A stretch of DNA of 64,000 nt from an uncultured bacterium. Lineage in GTDB: Bacteria > UBP14 > UBA6098. A program made the position numbers and the translations under genes. The notes under the pieces were generated by a model. The model worked only from the letters and a program-made list of their open reading frames with translations, had not been told where the DNA came from and did not search any database. The stretch lies in assembly GCA_964459995.1 (NCBI GenBank), contig CAYWOR010000009.1:36891-100890 (forward strand). The letters run 5' to 3'. This document shows, piece by piece, positions 57,117-64,000 of the stretch. How positions within the stretch are numbered: the first letter of the stretch is position 1; each line of letters starts with the position of its first letter.

Positions 57117-58778
57117 ATGGGACGCAAATTGTTGATTAGAGACCTTACACTACGCGACGGCCAGCAATCTCAGCTTGCGACGCGCATGAACCAAAATCAG
57201 GTCGATAGGACTCTTCCGTTCTACCGCGAGGCGAATTTCTACGCCATGGAAGTATGGGGGGGAGCAGTTCCCGATTCGACGATGCGCTATCTTGGCGAAA
57301 ACCCATGGGACAGGCTCGCGAAAATCAAAGAAGTGGTTGGCGATGCGAGCTATCTAACAGCCCTTTCCCGTGGCCGCAATCTTTTCGGCTATAATCCATA
57401 CCCCGAGGAGACAATCGAAGGTTTCAACCGCAACGCCCTTCAGACCGGAGTCGATATTATGCGCATTTTCGACGCGCTGAACGATATCGACAACATGAAA
57501 TCAACAATAGAAATTGTCCGCAAGAATGGCGGCCAGACAGACTGCGCGGTATGCTACACTACCGACCCCCATTTCACTTTGTGGGAGAGGATTGTGGGTA
57601 TTGCTAAGGGCAAACCGCTTCCCAAAATGGTCTTCACAGTGGATTATTTCGTCGAAAAAGCTCTGAAATTGGAAACTCTCGGTGCGGATCAAATCACTAT
57701 GAAGGATATGGCCGGCCTTATTCAACCCAGCGTTGCGAGCGAACTCTACCGTGAGCTTAAAAAGAAGGTCAAAGTTCCAGTCGGGCACCACAGCCACTGC
57801 ACCCCGGGTTACGGCCTCGGATCAGCTCTCGTAGCGATTATGAACGGCGTCGATATCGTCGATACAGTGATAATGAACTTCGCCGGAGGCCCTGCCGCAC
57901 CTGCTTTCGAGCTACTGCAGATTTTCTGCGATAAACTCGGAATCGAAACCGGTGTGAACCTCGACGCTGTAGCGAAAATTAACCGCGAACTCCTTCATAT
58001 ACGCAAAGAAATGGCCGCCTTCGACAAATCGAAAATGTTTCCTTTGCCGCTCGATTTGACCGATTACAAAATCCCGGCGGATATCGAAGCCCTTTTCGAC
58101 AGCGCGATAGAGGCCAGCGGAAAGGACGACCACGACAAAGTTATCGAATTAACTCAGGAAATCGAAAAGAGATTCGGATTCCCCGGGCCGAGCCAGATTG
58201 TCAAAGAGGCGCAGATACCCGGCGGGATGTATAGCAACATGGTTGCACAGCTCGAAACTATGGGTATGTCCGAGCTTTTTGACACCGTGCTTAAAAATGT
58301 TCCGCGTGTCCGGTTGGACTCGGGTCTCCCGCCGCTTGTGACCCCAACAAGCCAGATTGTCGGCGTTCAAGCGGTCAACTCCGTCGTGAGCGCCGCGCAG
58401 GGCAAAGGTTTTTATGACATGACCTCCGCGCAGTTCGTTAGCCTCGTGCAGGGCGGATACGGCAAAACCCCGATTCCAATCGACCCAAAATTCCGCGAAC
58501 TTATAACAGGTTCGCCGGAGGAAATCCCCTATGACACATCGGCCTACCAAAAGCCGGATAACCCAATCCTCGAAAACTACGGCGAAGTCCAATTGGCAGA
58601 GAACGAGAAGGAAATGCTCTTGCTGGAGCTTTTCCCCTCGGTGGCGGCGAAATATCTCGAAGGGATTAAACGTGCAAGATTCGAGGCCGAGCAAAAAGCG
58701 CTTATCGATGCCGAGATGAAGGTTGCAACCGAGGAATTCTCCCGTATTCTGGTGGGGATGGAGGAGAACTACCTGTAG
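57117..58778 (+). CDS. carboxyltransferase subunit (pyruvate carboxylase subunit B / oxaloacetate decarboxylase alpha / transcarboxylase 5S family) lacking a biotinyl domain
   Basis: 553 aa; LRDGQQS motif; TIM-barrel HMGL-like carboxyltransferase region; no C-terminal AMKM biotin-attachment motif. Confidence 0.7.
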   Translation: MGRKLLIRDLTLRDGQQSQLATRMNQNQVDRTLPFYREANFYAMEVWGGAVPDSTMRYLGENPWDRLAKIKEVVGDASYLTALSRGRNLFGYNPYPEETIEGFNRNALQTGVDIMRIFDALNDIDNMKSTIEIVRKNGGQTDCAVCYTTDPHFTLWERIVGIAKGKPLPKMVFTVDYFVEKALKLETLGADQITMKDMAGLIQPSVASELYRELKKKVKVPVGHHSHCTPGYGLGSALVAIMNGVDIVDTVIMNFAGGPAAPAFELLQIFCDKLGIETGVNLDAVAKINRELLHIRKEMAAFDKSKMFPLPLDLTDYKIPADIEALFDSAIEASGKDDHDKVIELTQEIEKRFGFPGPSQIVKEAQIPGGMYSNMVAQLETMGMSELFDTVLKNVPRVRLDSGLPPLVTPTSQIVGVQAVNSVVSAAQGKGFYDMTSAQFVSLVQGGYGKTPIPIDPKFRELITGSPEEIPYDTSAYQKPDNPILENYGEVQLAENEKEMLLLELFPSVAAKYLEGIKRARFEAEQKALIDAEMKVATEEFSRILVGMEENYL

Positions 58779-58948
58779 AGCATAATACTACCTCAGAGAA
58801 AAGGCATCTATTATCTGCAATTCAAATCGAGCCGGTATGTTATTGAAGACGAATATAACGGCTCTCAATCATATATCATTTCGATAAATCGAAAATTTCC
58901 TTGCGAAAACCCCTCGCGCGATTTATATCTCCCGAAAAAGGACACGAA

Positions 58949-59335
58949 ATGACAGCCGAAGAAGAAATAGAACATCAGCTCGACCTATGGAACATCGCCC
59001 TATGCTCTGCTAATCCGGTCGGTGTGAGCGAGCTTTACTCCGAAGACTCTGTCCTTCTGCCCACCTTCTCGAACCGGCTTCGGCGAGGAAGATCAGAAAT
59101 CTGCGACTATTTCGAACATTTCCTCATTAACCGCCCCTATGTCGAGATAGTGCAGTCAAACATACGTGTTATCGGCGAGTTTGCCGCGAACTCCGGAATT
59201 TACAACTTCCATTTCTCCCAAGGCCCAATCGAATGTTTTCAGGGGCGATTCACCTTTGTTTACCGCAAAGACGGCGAAGAATGGTTTATTCTCCAGCATC
59301 ACTCCTCCGCGATACCGGAGGAATGCGCGAAATAG
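58949..59335 (+). CDS. NTF2-like / SnoaL-like (DUF4440-type) small protein
   Basis: Start at MTAEEE (AAGGA RBS) rather than at 58901; the cone-shaped alpha+beta NTF2-like pattern (LDLWNIALCSANPVGVSELYSEDSVLLPTFS...FTFVYRKDGEEWFILQHHSS) is characteristic. Confidence 0.55.
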   Translation: MTAEEEIEHQLDLWNIALCSANPVGVSELYSEDSVLLPTFSNRLRRGRSEICDYFEHFLINRPYVEIVQSNIRVIGEFAANSGIYNFHFSQGPIECFQGRFTFVYRKDGEEWFILQHHSSAIPEECAK

Positions 59336-59358
59336 TTAATCATTAATATAGAAACAGA

Positions 59359-59392
59359 AAAAGGGGCCGGAGTTAATCCGACCCCTTATCGT
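59359..59392 (-). terminator. rho-independent terminator for the minus-strand giant gene (AAGGGGCCGGA...TCCGACCCCTT hairpin, T-rich tail on minus strand)
   Basis: An 11-bp stem with one G-U wobble/mismatch followed by TTTCTGTTTCT on the minus strand. Confidence 0.55.
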
Positions 59393-59407
59393 TTGCGCAA
59401 TACCTAA

Positions 59408-62400
59408 TCAATCCTTCGGTAAGTCGAGATGCGGTTTCATATCCATGTTGTTATTTGGAAGTTGTGGTAATGTTTCGTGGATATCTGAAGGTGCAGAAGT
59501 TTTATCGTGCTCGACCTTTCTGAGCCAATCATCTTTTGACATATTGCAATCTTCCCAGTCTTGATCTGTCATAGAGGCGGGATCGGATAGATATTTTTCG
59601 AAGGCGGCTTCGAAAGCTATCGCTTCCGCGCTCTTCGGCTGTGGTTCGAAAGATAGACGGCTGTAATCCCAATGGATCGGCCTTGCGGAATCTTCGGTGT
59701 TGCGTTCATCGAACATGACTCCGCGCATGTTGGCATCGTAGTCGGAAGCGAGAATTTCATCGGGCACGTTCACGCCTTCTTCATACCCTTCCTGAATAGC
59801 GGTTGCCATCCAGTTAATGCTGAGATTACTGCGACCTTCGTTGTTTTCGACTATAGTAAATCCGTCTTTTGTGATGTCAGTAACATAGACCCCATTGCTG
59901 GCTCCGAGAGGAGTTGCTGTAACAATAATAGGCTTGGCGACCGAAACCAAATTCGAGAAATCGCGGTCGAAAACTACTCTGCATGTTCCATCGACCAGTT
60001 CGGTCATTCCGCATGTATTTATTGTGACTTCGTTGCTTATTGATGAATACATGACAGATTTTGTTCCTCGCGATGACTGCCTCACAAACCCCTGCACACC
60101 GTTCGTGTATGAATCGCCATCAGTATATAAAGCATAACGGGGGCCTCTGAGATGAAGTCCGTAAACCTCTCCGCGCAACCATCCGCCCATGAACGATGAA
60201 TATGCCCCGAAGCCCATACCTTCGCGTTTCTCACCGATATAACTACGGGTATCGTCAGCCTCGGGACGTCTACGACCGCTTCCGGAACCAGTTCCTCCTG
60301 CAAAGTATGCTCCATAGGTTGTTCCTCCGCTGTTTCTATAACCTAATGATGCCCAAGAAGTTGGTGAAGTTGCGGCACCCAAGACACCCATAGCGCCTCC
60401 GGTTCTATTAGAAGCAGAATTTGCTACTCCGAAGGTTCCAAAGGAATACGATCCGCTGTCATTTCTGCCTTGGACACCCTGTCTTGAGTGGTTGTAGCCA
60501 TAGTTTGTTCCATTACCACTGCCGCTAATCTCACCGCGGATGGCCCTGTAATCTGAGAATTCCACAAATGCGTCTGTATTCCATGCATCAAGTCCTTCAC
60601 CGGAAGTTCCTATGTAGGCGTAATGGTTGCCTTCATAATGGCGGGCATATGCGCCATATGAATAACCACCTAAATAACCATAACTTCCGGAATAGTTATA
60701 TCCGTAAATAGCGTATGAAGAACCTGCGAGATAGCCGTATGTTCCGGCATCATATCCACCATATACACCATAGGAGCTTCCGCCAAGATAACCGTAATAC
60801 CTTGTTCCGTTCGTATTCTCGCCAAAAACTGCCATCTGTCCGGCAGTGGGTGTAACCGAATGAACAGTATAGGTTGGCGCAGTCGTTCCCACGCCAAGGA
60901 TATTGCCAACATAGACATTTCCACTTGAGAAATAACCCGCCCAGTTGGTTGTGCCGCCGGAAGCAGTGGCGTAGATGCCATAATGGGTTGCGCCGGCTAC
61001 CGATGATCCAGCGTTAAAATATCCACCGTAAGTATCTCCCGAACCGGGTGAATAACGGTAAGCATAAGAATAAACGCCGTAGTTAACGCTGTTCGAATAA
61101 CTATATGCGTAGAATTGTCCTCCATAGTTCGTATATCCAGCTGAACCATTTCCGTTTTGGTAGGCATAGACAGTTATCCCTCGGTTATCCCTCGACGCTG
61201 AGTTGGAACGGAAATATCCTGCGAAATTATAACTTGGGTTGCCAGTTCCGGTGAAATTCGCTTCGGCATATATGCCGTAAGAGTTAGAATTTGATGTAGT
61301 GTGTTTGAAATACCCTCCATATCCTTCTGCACTGCCGGTATTCATATTAGAATAGAATCCATATGTATGGGTTTGGACATCGGCGACTTGGAGGTTCGTT
61401 CCAATGCCTCCGCTTGGGTAGAGATAATTTCCTGCATCTGTCCAAAGACTGCCACTGGAGGGTAAATCCGCCCAATATGCAGGACTGGAACCATTGGAAG
61501 TGAGAACTTGCCCTGCAGTTCCATTACTGCTGTTTGCCGAAAGGGTGCCTGTGAGATTGAAATTCTGGGAATACACAGTGCCCCATCTGTTGCCACTGGT
61601 TCCAAGATCGTATCCGCTAACATCGGGGCGAAGATAGGTTGACCAGACCCTCATAACATTAGAGCCACCGTATGCAAGGTAGAAACCTGAGCCGTCGATG
61701 TTATAGGAGCCCATATTTAAGTTTGTTGTTGCTGTATGGTTTCCAAGATTATCACCGGGGAATGTGCCGCTAACAGTCAAATTGCCTGTGATGTTGACAT
61801 TGCCCTCAAAATAGCCGGCGTATGTCCCTGTTCCTTGGCTTCCCCAGACACCGTAGCCTCTTGTATCACCGAGAGTTCCACGCTGAGAGGAAGAACCGTA
61901 GGCGTCGCCGTATGCACCAGACCAAGTCGATCCGACCCCAATTACTTGACCGCCAAGATAACCTGTTTGGAAACTATTATACCCATAAACCGCCCAATCG
62001 TTACTGATACCGGATGAGATATACCCATAAACACCGTAATCGCTAGAGCCGCTGGGCGCGCCTTGTGCTTGACCATAAACGCCGTAGTTACTTGTTGTCG
62101 TGGAAGCGGCTCTTCCATATAAACCATAGGCTTGTCCGCTTTCGTAAGCTCGAACATAGTCGTTACCTACTACCCTTTTATATACTCCTGCATCCTCCCA
62201 TTGGGGGGTCGAGCTTGTAGGGGCATCAATCCAATTTGTCCCCGAACCGGTGCTTGAAAGAATCTGTCCGCTGGTTCCGGCATCGCCGGAAGTGTCGTAA
62301 TACCTTCCGGTAACTTGAATATCACCGCCGAAATAGCCTGCCAAGCCTGTTGCACCGGTAACATGAATACCATCGCCGCCAACAGTAAGTATTTCAACAC

Positions 62401-64000
62401 CATGGTCACCGGTATTCGTAATATAGACACCGGAGTTTGTGGGATTTGTGACGAATATGCCGTGTCCTCCGGCATTGTATGCCCCGATACAGCTCCATCC
62501 CGATGGTGAACCGGTTACTCGTAAACCATTTATTGAGCCGCTGGCAGGTCCGATTATATCGACCCTTGCATTTGTAGGTGTCGATGTTCCAATTCCAAGT
62601 CTCGTATTAGTGTTATCCCAATGGAAGTTGTTCGAACCGCCGAAAGCGCCGGAGTTATTAAATTGGACATTGCCGTTTACGCCCGCAGGAGATCCACCGG
62701 AGGGCCAAGAGGTGATATAACTTCCGTTGAGCTGTATTCCACCTGTAACTTCGAGGTCGTTTTTTACGAAAAGATCGCCGTCGCCGTCTGCACGCAACGC
62801 CGTGCCGCCATCACCGATCCACACTAATCCACCTTGGAAATAACCGGCATAGCCGCCGGTATTGTCGGCATTAGCGAATAAAGCGGCGTCACCGGGGGCG
62901 GCTGATGTATAAGAACCGTCATGAAGCACAGCGCTCACCGCGGTTCTTCGATAGCCTTGTGTTGCATTTACATCTGCGGCGACACCGTAAAGATAGCCAT
63001 TAGCGGTTGTGCTCATCGCTGTTGCTTGAACACCCCTAATCGCAAAATTTGAAGATCCCGTGTTATATCCAATTCCGTAAACACCCCATTGATTACCGCT
63101 TGCACCTGAGCTATAACCATATACGCCAGCTCTATAGCCACCGGGAGTATAACCCAGGCCGCCGAAACAGTTGCCGTCATATTTTCCAATAACACCAGCG
63201 CTTTCTCCGTTTGCTACTACTTCGAGCTTTGCGGTTGGTAATGTTGTTCCGATACCGACATTTCCATTCGATTTGAGGACATATAAGCTCGGTTCGGTAA
63301 CATCGGCGCTTCTGAGGCTCAATGCTGTTCCGCTGGAAACTGTGGAAAGAAGGAATTCATCGGTTGTTCCGCTTTGGAAACGCATTCTCGCAATTGCTCC
63401 GCCGCCACCGCGACGAAGATAAAAATCGATATCGTCGTTTGTCGATTGGAGTGCGAAACTGCGGGCGCTAGAGCCCCAAATATGCAGATTTGTGCTCGGT
63501 GAGGTTGTCCCGATGCCGATATTGCCGGTAGTTCCCTTTATGGCCATCCAGGTTGTAACACCTCCGACAGTCGAAAAATAAAGGTCTCTTCCATTTGCTG
63601 AGCTTGCTTCTGAGCTTTGTATGTAGTTTGCAGTCGGGCCGATGTGCAATCTCAACCTTCCATCGTTGCTTCTCGCCTGAATGTAAGAATCGGAGGGGTC
63701 TGAACGATAGACATCGAGAGGAATCAAAGGCGTAGTTGTGCCGATACCGAGCCGCTGGTTTACACCATCGAAATGCGCATAGGGCACTGCAGTTGCTGTT
63801 TGCACCTGAGTGTATGGCCCGCGAAGTTTGATTCCTTCGGCGGACACGAGAATCATCTGGTCGGTCGATACGATGTTTTGGTCGGTGGCGGTGGCGTAAA
63901 TATCGATATAGCTCGAAGCATCGCCGTAGAAATAGCCGTGCCCGTTTATTCTAAAATTGCCTGTCTGAGTCGATGCCGATTGATTCTGAATATAATCTCC
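59408..64000 (-). CDS. giant Gly/Tyr/Ser/Thr-rich repetitive surface protein with tail-fibre-like [IL]GIGTTxP repeats (partial; N-terminus beyond window)
   Basis: The reading frame stays open upstream of the listed ATG (63856) all the way to the window edge, giving at least 1530 aa. Repeated LGIGTTTPLIPLDV / IGIGTTSPSTNLHIWG / VGIGTTLPTAKLEVV / LGIGTSTPTNARVDIIG motifs and dozens of xYG(V/A)YGY units are present; the C-terminal ~250 aa are non-repetitive. Confidence 0.6.
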   Translation of the reverse strand, partial: GDYIQNQSASTQTGNFRINGHGYFYGDASSYIDIYATATDQNIVSTDQMILVSAEGIKLRGPYTQVQTATAVPYAHFDGVNQRLGIGTTTPLIPLDVYRSDPSDSYIQARSNDGRLRLHIGPTANYIQSSEASSANGRDLYFSTVGGVTTWMAIKGTTGNIGIGTTSPSTNLHIWGSSARSFALQSTNDDIDFYLRRGGGGAIARMRFQSGTTDEFLLSTVSSGTALSLRSADVTEPSLYVLKSNGNVGIGTTLPTAKLEVVANGESAGVIGKYDGNCFGGLGYTPGGYRAGVYGYSSGASGNQWGVYGIGYNTGSSNFAIRGVQATAMSTTANGYLYGVAADVNATQGYRRTAVSAVLHDGSYTSAAPGDAALFANADNTGGYAGYFQGGLVWIGDGGTALRADGDGDLFVKNDLEVTGGIQLNGSYITSWPSGGSPAGVNGNVQFNNSGAFGGSNNFHWDNTNTRLGIGTSTPTNARVDIIGPASGSINGLRVTGSPSGWSCIGAYNAGGHGIFVTNPTNSGVYITNTGDHGVEILTVGGDGIHVTGATGLAGYFGGDIQVTGRYYDTSGDAGTSGQILSSTGSGTNWIDAPTSSTPQWEDAGVYKRVVGNDYVRAYESGQAYGLYGRAASTTTSNYGVYGQAQGAPSGSSDYGVYGYISSGISNDWAVYGYNSFQTGYLGGQVIGVGSTWSGAYGDAYGSSSQRGTLGDTRGYGVWGSQGTGTYAGYFEGNVNITGNLTVSGTFPGDNLGNHTATTNLNMGSYNIDGSGFYLAYGGSNVMRVWSTYLRPDVSGYDLGTSGNRWGTVYSQNFNLTGTLSANSSNGTAGQVLTSNGSSPAYWADLPSSGSLWTDAGNYLYPSGGIGTNLQVADVQTHTYGFYSNMNTGSAEGYGGYFKHTTSNSNSYGIYAEANFTGTGNPSYNFAGYFRSNSASRDNRGITVYAYQNGNGSAGYTNYGGQFYAYSYSNSVNYGVYSYAYRYSPGSGDTYGGYFNAGSSVAGATHYGIYATASGGTTNWAGYFSSGNVYVGNILGVGTTAPTYTVHSVTPTAGQMAVFGENTNGTRYYGYLGGSSYGVYGGYDAGTYGYLAGSSYAIYGYNYSGSYGYLGGYSYGAYARHYEGNHYAYIGTSGEGLDAWNTDAFVEFSDYRAIRGEISGSGNGTNYGYNHSRQGVQGRNDSGSYSFGTFGVANSASNRTGGAMGVLGAATSPTSWASLGYRNSGGTTYGAYFAGGTGSGSGRRRPEADDTRSYIGEKREGMGFGAYSSFMGGWLRGEVYGLHLRGPRYALYTDGDSYTNGVQGFVRQSSRGTKSVMYSSISNEVTINTCGMTELVDGTCRVVFDRDFSNLVSVAKPIIVTATPLGASNGVYVTDITKDGFTIVENNEGRSNLSINWMATAIQEGYEEGVNVPDEILASDYDANMRGVMFDERNTEDSARPIHWDYSRLSFEPQPKSAEAIAFEAAFEKYLSDPASMTDQDWEDCNMSKDDWLRKVEHDKTSAPSDIHETLPQLPNNNMDMKPHLDLPKD

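Noticed and set aside
1-64000. CRISPR arrays, tRNA/rRNA genes, insertion sequences, integrases and prophage modules
   Set aside because: No short direct-repeat/spacer arrays and no GC-rich cloverleaf-sized segments were found in the intergenic regions inspected (38761-38874, 39115-39197, 46294-46378, 56827-57116, 58779-58900). No transposase- or integrase-like ORFs were seen. The only large repeat is the 2044-bp coding tandem duplication.

Overview
The window is a 64 kb chromosomal segment, about 50% GC, from a Gram-negative bacterium. Judging by its secretion genes it belongs to the FCB superphylum (Bacteroidota/Fibrobacterota/Ignavibacteriota-like lineages), probably an uncultivated one. 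The FCB call is an inference: several proteins end in type IX secretion system (T9SS) C-terminal sorting domains with the motif '...YPNPFNSS.RIEIE...IYLVK...LK', and a roughly 2000-aa SprA/Sov-like barrel is present. No rRNA, tRNA, CRISPR array, transposase or integrase was detected.

Conserved housekeeping operons are present: purE-purD; cysE-cysK-yraN; ispG; lipoate ligase; glmS-glmM; skp-lpxD; bcp; and an autoregulated lexA with a Gram-positive-type (Cheo-like) SOS box.

Between these lie accessory modules. (1) A four-gene cluster driven by a perfect consensus sigma70 promoter. It encodes a 1167-aa plug-and-barrel outer-membrane protein carrying five DxNGNG calcium-binding-like repeats, a 784-aa T9SS cargo, a PorV/PorQ-family barrel and a lipoprotein. 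(2) The putative T9SS translocon SprA, followed in a likely operon by a GAF/HD-GYP protein, an EndoIII-like protein and an XseA-like protein. (3) An autoregulated lexA followed by two novel paralogous small secreted proteins and a secreted transglutaminase with a T9SS sorting domain. That gene is broken by a frameshift at a G7 tract. (4) A translationally coupled operon encoding a tandem thymidylate-kinase-like (one intact, one degenerate P-loop) plus HD-domain fusion, a DUF4956 membrane protein, a porin-like barrel and a lamin-tail-domain lipoprotein. Immediately upstream are three tandem CotH-kinase/lamin-tail/T9SS-sorting-domain paralogues. Two of these are an exact 2044-bp tandem duplication, and there is evidence of 5'-end gene conversion. 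(5) The C-terminal 1530 aa or more of a giant Gly/Tyr/Ser-rich repetitive surface protein with tail-fibre-like repeats, which runs off the window edge.

The most promising candidate systems are the Tmk-Tmk-HD/DUF4956/porin/LTD operon coupled to the CotH array, and the promoter-driven barrel/T9SS-cargo/PorV-like cluster.
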